This document shows, piece after piece, positions 38,162 to 49,011 of a stretch of 64,000 nt of DNA; positions within the stretch are counted from its first letter, which is position 1, and each line of letters opens with the position of its first letter. The position numbers and the translations under genes were made by a program. The stretch covers positions 218,179 through 282,178 of the forward strand of contig JAPLXQ010000010.1 of NCBI GenBank assembly GCA_026395995.1, given 5' to 3'. The notes below the pieces were generated by a model. That model did no database searches and was not told the DNA's origin. It saw only the letters and a program-made list of their open reading frames with translations. Origin of the DNA: Candidatus Nomurabacteria bacterium (GTDB lineage: Bacteria; Patescibacteriota; Minisyncoccia; Phycocordibacterales; UBA9973).

Positions 38162-38265
38162 ATGATACAAAAAAGAGCTTAAATGGCTCTTTTTTGTATT
38201 TATATTTTAGTTGATTATTTTAGGTAAAAGTATTAAGGTTAAAGAAAACAGTAAATTTAAAAAAA

Positions 38266-38877
38266 ATGAAATATATTTTTGATTTAAAATACTCTGAGCT
38301 TGCGCCAGATGTTATAAAAAGTTTATCAGAATTACCTAGGACTGGCTGGGTAGATAGAAAAGTTACAAACCCTGAAACAGTCCAAGAGCATATTATTGCT
38401 GTAAGAGAATTAGTTATTTCAGAGATACAAAATCTAGATGATTTTTCTCCTCAAGAAATAAATGAAACATTAGATATGTTAGAGGTTCATGACTGGCCAG
38501 AATCAGATAAAAAAGTTGGTGATATTGTAATTGTTACATACGATCTAGAAGAGAAGAAAAGATTGAAAGAATTAAAATTCAAACTCGAACTTGAAGCGAT
38601 GACTAAAATTTGTACTCCGCTTGGAGAGAGGGGCAGAAGAATTTTTGATTTATGGATGAGGTTCGAAAAGAAAGAGGATCGTATTTCAATTTTTGCTAAT
38701 CAAGTAGATAAATATCAACCTTTTGAAAAGGCATTTGAATATGAAGAAAGAGGTGAAAAGAAAGTATCAACTCAGGAATTTATTGATTATTCAGAAAAAG
38801 TCATAGTATATCCTGCTTTATTGAGAAGACTAGAAAATCTTAAGCTAAAATTAGCTAATTTAAAAAAGAGCCACTAG
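38266..38877 (+). CDS. HD-domain phosphohydrolase (YfbR-like 5-prime-deoxynucleotidase family)
   Basis: H...HD pattern (ETVQEHIIAV ... EVHDWPESD). Confidence 0.55.
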   Translation: MKYIFDLKYSELAPDVIKSLSELPRTGWVDRKVTNPETVQEHIIAVRELVISEIQNLDDFSPQEINETLDMLEVHDWPESDKKVGDIVIVTYDLEEKKRLKELKFKLELEAMTKICTPLGERGRRIFDLWMRFEKKEDRISIFANQVDKYQPFEKAFEYEERGEKKVSTQEFIDYSEKVIVYPALLRRLENLKLKLANLKKSH

Positions 38878-38892
38878 AGGCTCTTTTTATTG
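38866..38892 (+). terminator. hairpin terminator
   Basis: aagagccactagaggctctt followed by a T-run. Confidence 0.5.
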
Positions 38893-39022
38893 TTAATAGT
38901 CTTGAAAAATCATTACATTTATGATAATCTTTGTTTATTGGTGTGTTTGTCGGCGTAGTTGTTTTGGTATATAACATTAAATACTAAACATACGTTGCTT
39001 AAAAATATAAATAGGTTTTCAT

Positions 39023-39095
39023 GTCGGCGTAGCTCAGTTGGTAGAGCATAGCACTCATAAAGCTAAGGTCACAGGTTCAATCCCTGTCGCCGACA
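39023..39095 (+). tRNA. tRNA-Met or Ile2 (anticodon CAT; elongator-type)
   Basis: Acceptor gtcggcg/cgccgac, loop ctCATaa; lacks initiator features. Confidence 0.7.
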
Positions 39096-39154
39096 CAAAT
39101 TATAAGAAGTATATAGGGTAGTATATATTACTGTCACCATGATATAATATATAG

Positions 39155-39826
39155 GTGCCAGTCTATAAAAAGGTAAATAAAGATTTTTTTAAAAAATGGT
39201 CACCTGAAATGGCTTATGTTTTAGGTTTTTTATTTGCTGATGGAAATATTGTTCATACAAAAAGAAATACTTGGTTTTGGTCTTTACAAATTACCGATAA
39301 GGATATTTTAATAAAGATAAAAAAAGAAATTAATTCATCACATAAGGTTTCGTTTAAAAAGAAGGTTTTAAATAATAAACAGTTGTATCGTTTACAGATT
39401 GGAAGCAAAGAAATGTGTGAAGATTTAATTAAATTAGGTTTAACTCCACAAAAAAGTAAAACAATGATATTTCCACAAGTTCCAGAAAAATATTTTTCTG
39501 ATTTTTTGCGTGGTTATTTTGATGGAGATGGTGGAGTTTGGTTTGGTTTAAAAAATAAAAAAAATATTAATCAATCTTATGTAATTAATGTTTGCTTTAC
39601 TTCAGGTAGTAAAGATTTTTTAATCTTCCTGAGAGGTATTTTGAATAAAAAATCTATTTTAGGTGGTTCTTTGGTAGAAAAAGAAAGAGGGTTTGATTTA
39701 AAATATAGTATCAAAAATTCTTTGATTTTATATAAAATAATGTATAATAGTAATGTTCTCAAAAATAACCTGTTTTTAGAAAGAAAAAGAGCTATTTTTG
39801 AGAAGTTTATATGTTTGCGATCGTAG
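39155..39826 (+). CDS. LAGLIDADG homing endonuclease (double-motif, single-chain type)
   Basis: Two motifs: LGFLFADGNI and LRGYFDGDGGVWF. The stop codon overlaps the first 10 nt of the intron-containing tRNA. Confidence 0.7.
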   Translation: MPVYKKVNKDFFKKWSPEMAYVLGFLFADGNIVHTKRNTWFWSLQITDKDILIKIKKEINSSHKVSFKKKVLNNKQLYRLQIGSKEMCEDLIKLGLTPQKSKTMIFPQVPEKYFSDFLRGYFDGDGGVWFGLKNKKNINQSYVINVCFTSGSKDFLIFLRGILNKKSILGGSLVEKERGFDLKYSIKNSLILYKIMYNSNVLKNNLFLERKRAIFEKFICLRS

Positions 39827-40130
39827 CTCAACTGGTTAGAGCACCCGCCTGTAGATTCGTGCAGCTTTCTGTCGAAATGGCAGATTGAAACTCTTTGGGA
39901 TATCGGTGAAGGCTAAGTTTGCCGTTTTGGTGAATATGCGAATACCGAGGGAACCCTTCCACATTTTTACTTTATAATAAATAAGTAAAGAGAAGGGGCG
40001 CCGTAGAGACTAGATACCGAAGCACCTAAATTCATTTTAATGAACACGGTGAAGATATAGTCCACGCCTTTATGAAAATATTGGATTTAGTGCACGTGGG
40101 AGGTTGCCGGTTCAAGCCCGGTCGATCGCG
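39817..40130 (+). tRNA. tRNA-Asp (anticodon GTC) interrupted by a group I-like intron; exons 39817-39852 and 40093-40130
   Basis: The exons assemble into a cloverleaf with acceptor gcgatcg/cgatcgc, D-arm gctcaactggttagagc, anticodon stem cccgc/gtggg, loop ctGT|Cac, discriminator G; the intron sits between anticodon positions 35 and 36. Confidence 0.6.
39853..40092 (+). other. group I-like intron (about 240 nt) within the tRNA-Asp anticodon loop
   Basis: The 5-prime splice site follows U and the intron ends in G; gtgcagc can pair with exon ccugu (P1); P7 halves AGACTAg... and AAGATATAGTCc match the conserved R/S elements; size matches known bacterial tRNA group I introns. Confidence 0.6.
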
Positions 40131-40206
40131 CAAATGAAAAACACCTATTTAAGTATAGGTGTTTTTCTGTATAGTGATTGGATAGGAGAACTGGTATAAT
40201 CATTTT

Positions 40207-40722
40207 ATGAAACTACTACTTGTTATTAAAGATAAAGATATTTTCCCCAATGAAGTGTCTAAAGAAGATGTAGTTTATAAAATTCGTTCCGCTGTGAAAG
40301 CTATTGTTAAAGATTCACATGGAAAGATTGCATTGGTTGGTACAAAATATAGATTATTGCCTGGTGGTGGAGTTGAAGAAGGAGAGACTTTTGTAAATGC
40401 AGTTAAGAGGGAATGTCGTGAAGAAGTCGGTTGTAATATAGAGATTGATAAAGAAATTGGTTTCACGGAAGAATATAGAGCACAAATTGAAAGACATCAA
40501 CAAACACATTTTTTTCTTGCGCATGTTGTCGGAGAAAAAGGTAAACCAGAAACAACTCAAAATGATGAACAGGGGATAGAAGTTGATTGGTATGAGTTAG
40601 ATTCTGCTATTGCTCTACTCGAGAAAGAAGTAATAGAAATACCATTTTTAAGTTACCATTCATGTTTTAATGTTAGAACTCATTTAGTAATTTTAAGGGA
40701 ATTAAAGAAATTAGCAGAATAA
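40207..40722 (+). CDS. NUDIX hydrolase
   Basis: Nudix box GGGVEEGETFVNAVKRECREEVG. Confidence 0.75.
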   Translation: MKLLLVIKDKDIFPNEVSKEDVVYKIRSAVKAIVKDSHGKIALVGTKYRLLPGGGVEEGETFVNAVKRECREEVGCNIEIDKEIGFTEEYRAQIERHQQTHFFLAHVVGEKGKPETTQNDEQGIEVDWYELDSAIALLEKEVIEIPFLSYHSCFNVRTHLVILRELKKLAE

Positions 40723-40764
40723 ATAAATAAAATCGGCCAGCTATTTAGCTGGCCGATTAAGTAT

Positions 40765-41475
40765 TTATTTTTTTAATTTTTTTTCGTTGAAAAATTCTAT
40801 GAATTTTTCAACGACAGGAATATTACCATTAAGGATTTCATAAATATCTGAACCTCTCAATAACTCATAAGTAATTGTTGGTATATCTCTTTCATAGCCT
40901 GCATATGTGCCAAGGCATCCTGGAGTAGGGTAGCCCATTTCATCACCCCTAGTTATTTTTTTATAAGGTGATACTTCAAACAAGGCATTTGCTAAATCTA
41001 TGACTCCTGTCTCATCTTTACCATTTGCATTGATCTGTGGTTCTTTAAATGAATGTAGGGTCAAGATTGCTTTTGGTTTGTAATTATTAATTAAATAAAT
41101 TAATCCCTGGTTTTCAGGTTCACTACCAGCGAAAGGTCCCGGAGGATAACGCTTGTTGAATGCTTCAGCATTCCAGTCCAGTGTCGGGAGATTCCGATTA
41201 AGGTCAACCCCTTTTCCGTTTGTACGTTGCCCTAAAGCTAGTCCATCAGGATTTGTTCTTGGTACCAATAGTACATTTATATTTGCATATGGAAACCTTA
41301 TTCTCCAAGGTGTTTCAAAATGTTCTGCCAACCAAAGCCCTTCTATTTCGTCACCGTGAACAGTGGCTAAAATTAGAACTAATGGTAAGTTTTGCTTTTT
41401 TCTGTTTTTAAAGTATAATTGTGCAATTAAATTATTATTTAATGCCGACTTTCCGTAAATAATATTTCGTTTCAT
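40765..41475 (-). CDS. M14-family zinc carboxypeptidase-like protein (MpaA / gamma-D-Glu-DAP peptidase-like)
   Basis: HGDE zinc motif, NPDG, DLNRN, LHSF motifs. Confidence 0.6.
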   Translation of the reverse strand: MKRNIIYGKSALNNNLIAQLYFKNRKKQNLPLVLILATVHGDEIEGLWLAEHFETPWRIRFPYANINVLLVPRTNPDGLALGQRTNGKGVDLNRNLPTLDWNAEAFNKRYPPGPFAGSEPENQGLIYLINNYKPKAILTLHSFKEPQINANGKDETGVIDLANALFEVSPYKKITRGDEMGYPTPGCLGTYAGYERDIPTITYELLRGSDIYEILNGNIPVVEKFIEFFNEKKLKK

Positions 41476-41571
41476 TCTCAGTATTTTTAATTGTTTTTCT
41501 TAAAAGTAACATGTTTGTGTATTTGAGTCAAATCGTTTTGTTTTTAAAAATAAAAATGATATAGTTTTGTT

Positions 41572-43341
41572 ATGAAAAAAGAAAAAACATCATGGAATTT
41601 TGGTTTATTATATAAAAATGAAAAAGACCCACAAATCGAAAAAGACATGCAAGAAATAGAAAATCTTTGCGGTAATTTTGAAAAAAAATATAAAAAATTA
41701 GTTTTTATAAAAAATCCATTAATACTTTCTAAGGCTATGGATGATTACGAAAAGCTTTGCGGATCTTTAAATAAAAGTAAACCATGGTGGTATTTTACAT
41801 TACGTAAAGATATAAATGCTATGGATGAAATAGCACAATCAGCAAGTACAAAATTTCAACAAAGAATTACTGTGGCTACAAATAAAATAACTTTTTTTAC
41901 TCTTGAAATAGGAAAAATTCCAGCACAAAAACAAAAATCTTTTCTTGCAAATAAATCTCTTTTAAAATATTCTTATTTTTTGGGGCGTATTTTTGAAACA
42001 GCAAAATATAGTTTATCTGAAAAAGAAGAACAATTAAAAGATTTACTTTCACAGTCTAGTTATGAAATGTGGGTTGATGGACAAGAAAAAGTTTTAAACC
42101 AGCAAACAGTAGAACATAAAGGTAAACAAATTCCTATTTCACAGGCTATGAATATATTGGCAGATTTACCTAAAAAAGATAGAAGGGATCTACATCAATT
42201 GATTTTGAAATCTTTAAAATCAATTAGCTATTTTGCTGAAGCAGAAATGAATGCCATCTGTAATTATAAAAAAGTTAATAGTGATCTTCGTGGTTTTAAA
42301 AAACCATATAGTTCTACTATTCTTGCTTATGAAAATGATGAAAAAACAATTGAGACTCTTGTGAGTACTGTCACAAAAGGTTTTAAAGTTAGTCGTCGTT
42401 TTTACAAACTTCATTCAGAACTTTTAGGTGAAAAACAAATTACACTGGCTGACCGTGGTGTGAAGATAGGAGAAATAAAAAAGAAATTTGATTTTAATAC
42501 TTCTGTTGAAATTGTTTCAAGGGCATTTACTAGTGTTGATAAAAAATATGCAGATATGTTGCATAGTTTTATTTCAAACGAACAGTTTGATGTTTACCCT
42601 AAAAAGGGTAAAAGAGGGGGAGCATATTGTTGGGGTATGGGTTCATTGCCAATATTTGTTTTATTGAATCATTCAGACAATATTAGGTCAGTAGAAACAT
42701 TAGCTCATGAAATGGGTCATGCTATTCATGGTGAGCTCAGTAGAACGCAACCGGTTTTGTATCGTGGGCATCCTATCTCTACCGCTGAAGTTGCTAGTAC
42801 CTTTTTTGAACAAGTTGCTATCAATAGTATGGAATCATTACTTTCAGATGAAGAGAAAATAATTTTTCTTCATAATAAAATAATGGGTGATATCACTACT
42901 ATTTTTAGGCAAATAGCGTTATTTAATTTTGAATGTGAATTACATCAAAAAATTGCTACTGAGGGTCAAGTATCAAAAGAAGAAATATCACGTCTTATGG
43001 CAAAAAATTTAAGATCATATCTCGGTGATTCTGTAAAAGTAGAAGATGAAGATGGGTATTGTTTTGTGAGCTGGTCACATATACGTCGCTTTTTTTATGT
43101 TTATTCATATGCTTATGGACAGCTAATTAGTCGCGCATTATTTGAGAATTGGAAAAAAGACCCAGCATATGCTAAAAAAGTAGAACAATTTTTATCTGCT
43201 GGACGATCAATGAGCCCTAAAGATATTTTTAAATCTATCGGTATAGATACTTCTGATCCAAAGTTTTTTGAAACAGGAATTAAAAGTATTGAAAATGATA
43301 TTAAAAAGCTTGAGCTTCTTGCAAAAAAGTTTAAAAAATAA
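41572..43341 (+). CDS. pepF: oligoendopeptidase F (M3B family)
   Basis: HEMGHAIH zinc motif; length and overall pattern of M3B. Confidence 0.8.
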   Translation: MKKEKTSWNFGLLYKNEKDPQIEKDMQEIENLCGNFEKKYKKLVFIKNPLILSKAMDDYEKLCGSLNKSKPWWYFTLRKDINAMDEIAQSASTKFQQRITVATNKITFFTLEIGKIPAQKQKSFLANKSLLKYSYFLGRIFETAKYSLSEKEEQLKDLLSQSSYEMWVDGQEKVLNQQTVEHKGKQIPISQAMNILADLPKKDRRDLHQLILKSLKSISYFAEAEMNAICNYKKVNSDLRGFKKPYSSTILAYENDEKTIETLVSTVTKGFKVSRRFYKLHSELLGEKQITLADRGVKIGEIKKKFDFNTSVEIVSRAFTSVDKKYADMLHSFISNEQFDVYPKKGKRGGAYCWGMGSLPIFVLLNHSDNIRSVETLAHEMGHAIHGELSRTQPVLYRGHPISTAEVASTFFEQVAINSMESLLSDEEKIIFLHNKIMGDITTIFRQIALFNFECELHQKIATEGQVSKEEISRLMAKNLRSYLGDSVKVEDEDGYCFVSWSHIRRFFYVYSYAYGQLISRALFENWKKDPAYAKKVEQFLSAGRSMSPKDIFKSIGIDTSDPKFFETGIKSIENDIKKLELLAKKFKK

Positions 43342-43358
43342 TACTTATTTACTAAAGC

Positions 43359-43399
43359 AAAAACATAAAAACCTATATTATATAGGTTTTTATGTTTTT
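43359..43399 (+). terminator. rho-independent terminator of pepF
   Basis: aaaacctatattatataggtttttatgttttt. Confidence 0.6.
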
Positions 43400-43463
43400 G
43401 CTTGACTTTATATTTATATTGTATTAGACTATAATTCTCGTTCATTGAAATATAAATAACTTG

Positions 43464-43505
43464 CCACCAGAAGAAAGCTTTTTTGGAAGGTTTTCTTCTG
43501 GTGGT
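43464..43505 (+). promoter_or_regulatory. 13-bp perfect inverted repeat in the leader of the downstream gene
   Basis: ccaccagaagaaa gcttttttggaaggt tttcttctggtgg; overlaps the spurious N-terminus of the tracked ORF. Confidence 0.4.
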
Positions 43506-43575
43506 GAAATTGACATGGCGTCTTTATTTACTACATCAGAGTAAAAATAAAAACATTAAATTTTTTAAAAAAATT

Positions 43576-44196
43576 ATGGAAGAAGTAGTAGGAGTAGTAG
43601 AACAAAAAAAACCAAGTATTTTAAAAACAATTGGGGTTACAATTAAAAACCCACAATTAGCTTTAAGGGCAATTTCGCTCAGTAAAGTAAAAAGAAAAAA
43701 AGTTTTGGACTTGATCGAACCAAAAGCACGACTAAGAAGCGGTCTGCGTGTTTGTGATCAAAACGATGTCAGGTACAAAACAAGTTTGTCTTGTAATTTC
43801 AGCAATAGTTTAAAAAGAAACTTTGTGATTTATGGAGAAAAAAATGTTGTATATAACATTGTACCAGAAAAACTAACCACATATTGCTTCAAAAAAACAA
43901 AAAATAGGACGGTAATCGATGGTTCTGATTTTGCTTCAGAATTGAAAGGCAAAAAAAATACTGGAATAAAAATCCGGAAATTACTTGTGAAAAATCCTGA
44001 ATTGGTTGATTCAAGATTTAAAACTACTGGTAATGAAGCACTTATCTATTTAATGTTTTTTGATTCAAAAATGCAATCAAAAAAAGATAAATGGATACCT
44101 TCAATGTATATTCATGATGGCGTAGCATATAGCTACGACATAAATATTGAAACATCATTGAATAGCAATTGTATTGCTGTGATCATGAAATCTTAA
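43576..44196 (+). CDS. hypothetical protein
   Basis: ORF; start placed at MEEVVG downstream of the leader hairpin; no recognisable domain. Confidence 0.4.
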   Translation: MEEVVGVVEQKKPSILKTIGVTIKNPQLALRAISLSKVKRKKVLDLIEPKARLRSGLRVCDQNDVRYKTSLSCNFSNSLKRNFVIYGEKNVVYNIVPEKLTTYCFKKTKNRTVIDGSDFASELKGKKNTGIKIRKLLVKNPELVDSRFKTTGNEALIYLMFFDSKMQSKKDKWIPSMYIHDGVAYSYDINIETSLNSNCIAVIMKS

Positions 44197-44221
44197 GTGT
44201 AAGTTATATTGGCTACACTTA

Positions 44222-44251
44222 AAAGCCTCGCAAATTGCGGGGCTTTTTTAT
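44222..44251 (+). terminator. hairpin terminator
   Basis: agcctcgcaaattgcggggct followed by TTTTTAT. Confidence 0.55.
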
Positions 44252-44292
44252 TGTCAAAATTTATTTGACTTGTCTGTCTCTATTTAGTATAA

Positions 44293-45654
<1,362 letters not shown>

Positions 45655-45657
45655 GTT

Positions 45658-45698
45658 ATTGCCCGGCGATTATATAATCGCCGGGCAATTTTATTTTG
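45658..45698 (+). terminator. rho-independent terminator of purA
   Basis: attgcccggcgattatataatcgccgggcaat followed by TTTATTTT. Confidence 0.7.
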
Positions 45699-45740
45699 AA
45701 TTTTTTTTAAAATAGAGTAGTATTTTACTGTAGTTGATAT

Positions 45741-45812
45741 GCCATCGTAGCTTAGTGGTAAAGCACTCCCTTGGTAAAGGAGAGAGCGTGAGTCCGATTC
45801 TCACCGATGGCT
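45741..45812 (+). tRNA. tRNA-Thr (anticodon GGT)
   Basis: Acceptor gccatcg/cgatggc, loop ttGGTaa. Confidence 0.7.
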
Positions 45813-45852
45813 CATTTAAAGTTTTTTAAATATTATCTGTTATAATAAAAAG

Positions 45853-46377
45853 ATGATATATAATATACACCCAATTTTTGTGCATTTTCCAATCGCTTTA
45901 TTATTCATTTATTCAGTTATTAAAATTCTACCATTTAAAAAATGGCTACCATTAATATCTTGGATACAAATAGAAAGAGCTTTATTATTTTTTGGTGTCT
46001 TGGGAGCTTTTGCTGCTTTGGGTACAGGTGAACTAGGTGAAAAATTATATCGTTCAAAACGTCAGTTGATTGAAATACATTCTGTCTTTGCTGGTATCGC
46101 TACTTGGGTGTACGTAGCACTTTTAGTAGGAGAAATTCTTTTTATTTTAAATAATTCGTATCCAGATTTAGTTCAAAAGATAAAGTCAGAAAAAATAAAA
46201 ACTATTTTAGTTAAATTAGAAAAATTTCTATGTGCTGAGACTTTTTCTAAAATTCTAGCTCTTTTAGGGTTTGTAGCTATTTTTGTAACAGGAATTTTGG
46301 GTGGAGCAATAGTCTATGGCTCTACAGCTGACCCTGTAGCTGGTCTTCTTTTAAAATTGTTTGGTATTAATTTATAA
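45853..46377 (+). CDS. polytopic membrane protein, unknown (DUF2231-like)
   Basis: Four or five hydrophobic helices. Confidence 0.4.
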   Translation: MIYNIHPIFVHFPIALLFIYSVIKILPFKKWLPLISWIQIERALLFFGVLGAFAALGTGELGEKLYRSKRQLIEIHSVFAGIATWVYVALLVGEILFILNNSYPDLVQKIKSEKIKTILVKLEKFLCAETFSKILALLGFVAIFVTGILGGAIVYGSTADPVAGLLLKLFGINL

Positions 46378-47031
46378 TTAATACGTTACTCCTGGAATTA
46401 CAAAAAATCCATAAAGGACGACAGCAAAATTTATTATTGAATGACTGATAATAATCAGTGGTAAACTCGGATATCTCATATACATAATAGCGAAGCCAAG
46501 ACCGCCGACAAAAGCGAGAGGTAGGCCTATTAGTGGATTTGGAAAAATAGAATGTAAGAACATAAAAATCAAAGCGTTCACAATGACTACAATCCAAGGC
46601 TTGGAAATTAATTTTCCAAGAGCGGGGATTAGGTATCCACGATAGCCGACTTCTTGAAAAAGAGAAACAATAAAAAATCCATAAAGAAAATGGCTATGAC
46701 GCCACCAATTGGCGACTTCTTCATTACCAATTTTTTCACCAAAGAATGATATAAATACCACTGTGGCTAATGTAAATATTGTGTAAGGTATAATAAATTT
46801 TTTAATACGATAATTACTAATACCGAGCATTATAAAAGTCCATTTTTCAGCTATAAGTACTATAAATAAAAGACTGACTAAAATTACTAAAATATAGATT
46901 CTTTGATTAAGTGAAATTATTCCTATATCAATAAATAAAACTGGTAAAATAAAAACAATAAAAATTTGAGCAATGAGCTCTCTTTTGCTTGTTTTGATAT
47001 TTTCTATCATATATTGGATTTGATCGTTCAT
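46378..47031 (-). CDS. CPBP-family intramembrane glutamic endopeptidase (CAAX protease-like)
   Basis: EEVGYRGYL (EExxxR), FMFLHSIFPN (FxxxH), C-terminal HSIINF motifs. Confidence 0.6.
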   Translation of the reverse strand: MNDQIQYMIENIKTSKRELIAQIFIVFILPVLFIDIGIISLNQRIYILVILVSLLFIVLIAEKWTFIMLGISNYRIKKFIIPYTIFTLATVVFISFFGEKIGNEEVANWWRHSHFLYGFFIVSLFQEVGYRGYLIPALGKLISKPWIVVIVNALIFMFLHSIFPNPLIGLPLAFVGGLGFAIMYMRYPSLPLIIISHSIINFAVVLYGFFVIPGVTY

Positions 47032-47047
47032 AGTGATATAGTACCAT

Positions 47048-47118
47048 AATATCGTTAGCCGATATAGTTCAGTGGTAGAACATTGCTTTCGTAAAGCAGT
47101 AACGTGGGTCCGATTCCC
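47048..47118 (+). tRNA. tRNA-Thr (anticodon CGT)
   Basis: Acceptor gccgata/tttcggc (one mismatch), loop ttCGTaa. Confidence 0.65.
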
Positions 47119-47149
47119 ACTTTCGGCTCTAAAATGTTAGAATTCTTTT

Positions 47150-48037
47150 ATGCTAGAAGACACAAATCAAATTGAGCAAAAAATAAAAGAATTGGAGGAA
47201 AAAATGATCCTTCCAGATTTTTGGTCTGACAAGGTACAAGCTCAGTCTATAATAAAACACCTGGCGGAACTTAAAGATAAAAAAGAAGGTCTTGGTAAGT
47301 ACGACAAAGGTTCAGCAATTATTTCTATTTTCTCTGGAGCAGGAGGGGATGATGCTGAAGATTTTTCCAATATTCTTTTTGAAATGTATATGAAGTATGC
47401 CAAGCGTATTGGTTTTGGAATTACCTTTATTGATGAACATAAAAACGATCATGGGGGATACAGAAATGTTTCTTTTGAAATTTCTGGTAAGGGGGCATAT
47501 GGTAAATTGAAAAATGAATCGGGTGTACATCGGCTCGTGCGCATTTCACCATTCAATGCAAAAAAAATGCGTCACACTTCTTTTTCATTGGTAGAAGTTT
47601 TGCCAAAGTTTTCAAAAATGGATGAAAAAGATTTTGTCATACCGGAAGCTGATTTAAAAATAGAATTTGCTCGTGCGGGTGGTCCAGGAGGACAAAATGT
47701 GAACAAGCGTGAGACAGCAGTGCGCATAGTCCATACTCCGACAGGTCTCGCGGTGCATGCCTCTGGAGAGCGAAGCCAAGAACAAAATCGTGAACAAGCT
47801 ATGAGTATTCTTTGTGCCAAGATTTTCAAGAAAGCTCAAGAAGAAAAAAAGACTTTTGAAGAAAGTATGAAAATTTCTAAAGGGACAGAAATAGAATGGG
47901 GAAGTCAGATTCGTTCTTATGTCCTTCATCCATACAAAATGGTCAAAGACCATCGCACTGACGCTGAGACCTCAAATGTAGATGCTGTCCTCGAAGGTGA
48001 TTTAGATATTTTCATTGAAGCGGAAAAGAATCTGTAA
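47150..48037 (+). CDS. prfB: peptide chain release factor 2 (N-terminally short form)
   Basis: SPF tripeptide (RISPFN) and GGQ motif; no upstream frame-0 ORF with a CUU-UGA shift site (the tRNA ends 31 nt upstream). Confidence 0.85.
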   Translation: MLEDTNQIEQKIKELEEKMILPDFWSDKVQAQSIIKHLAELKDKKEGLGKYDKGSAIISIFSGAGGDDAEDFSNILFEMYMKYAKRIGFGITFIDEHKNDHGGYRNVSFEISGKGAYGKLKNESGVHRLVRISPFNAKKMRHTSFSLVEVLPKFSKMDEKDFVIPEADLKIEFARAGGPGGQNVNKRETAVRIVHTPTGLAVHASGERSQEQNREQAMSILCAKIFKKAQEEKKTFEESMKISKGTEIEWGSQIRSYVLHPYKMVKDHRTDAETSNVDAVLEGDLDIFIEAEKNL

Positions 48038-48056
48038 AATAGACTCATTTTAAATC

Positions 48057-48085
48057 TTGACTTTTTACTAGTATAGTGCTATACT
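48057..48085 (+). promoter_or_regulatory. consensus promoter module copy 4 (TTGACT-N17-TGCTATACT), plus strand
   Basis: -35 at 48057-48062, -10 at 48080-48085; followed by a 130-nt leader containing an imperfect 18-bp inverted repeat (gtttagttttaggaattc ... gaattcttggaactaaac). Confidence 0.6.
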
Positions 48086-48221
48086 ATATGAGAGGTAAGG
48101 TTCTTTGAAAATATGGTCGTTTTGGGCTTGTTGTTTAGTTTTAGGAATTCTGATTTTTCTTGAATTCTTGGAACTAAACAATAAAAACAAAATAATCAAA
48201 AATAAATAAACAAACTTTAAA

Positions 48222-48878
48222 ATGGGAAAAACAATCAACATAGCAGATTTCAAAAAATTTCTGACTATCAACGGTATCACCGATCTCTCTGAAAATCAAA
48301 TGGAAAAATTGGCTAAAGATTCTTTTGAATCAGCTGATGATTTACAATTTTTTAAAAAATTCGGAAGACCAAGAATACGAATCAAACAGACACAATTTTC
48401 TTCTATTGAAGAAATAATAGAGGTAGGAGGACTCAACGATGGCTACTATTTACATGTGGTCGAGAACGAATTTAGCCGCAAAAAAATTTTTGCCCCAGTA
48501 ACAAATACCAATGAAGAAGAGTTGGTATTATATTGGGAAGGCGAAGGTAAGGTAATTCCTCCAGGTGGTGCTGATATTTATAAATATTTCAAATCGAAAG
48601 GTTTTGAAGTTATTGAAAAAGCTCATCCGTCACTTTTGATTAATGCAATATGGGTTCTTACCGAAGCAAAGTTAAGAGAAATAGGAATTCCAAGTAACGT
48701 GAGGATTGTTCTTCCAATAGAAGAAGATTCTTTGCTTTCTATCAAGGATCGTGGCTTGAATTACGTGAGTGTTGACCGTTATGATGGTAAACGCAGATTT
48801 GAATTTAACTGTTGTGGTGTCTACTGGAGTGGTCGCTCAGCCTTTCTTCTCCGTAAGATTAAACCTTTAGAAGTTTAA
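48222..48878 (+). CDS. hypothetical protein
   Basis: 218-aa ORF, no recognisable domain; first gene of a hypothetical-protein island. Confidence 0.45.
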   Translation: MGKTINIADFKKFLTINGITDLSENQMEKLAKDSFESADDLQFFKKFGRPRIRIKQTQFSSIEEIIEVGGLNDGYYLHVVENEFSRKKIFAPVTNTNEEELVLYWEGEGKVIPPGGADIYKYFKSKGFEVIEKAHPSLLINAIWVLTEAKLREIGIPSNVRIVLPIEEDSLLSIKDRGLNYVSVDRYDGKRRFEFNCCGVYWSGRSAFLLRKIKPLEV

Positions 48879-49011
48879 TGTTTGTTTAATTAATTATTAT
48901 TTAATCCCTTAAGCTCTAAAGAGTTTAAGGGATTTTATTTTGCGCGCATTGACTTAACCAGTTTTTAGCAGTAAAGTAAAGAAAATATACATACATTAAA
49001 AACTAAAGGAA

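Noticed and set aside
43483-43575. N-terminal 31 codons of the tracked ORF 43483-44196
   Set aside because: This segment is occupied by a 13-bp perfect inverted repeat (a leader hairpin), so translation more plausibly starts at the internal Met (43576).
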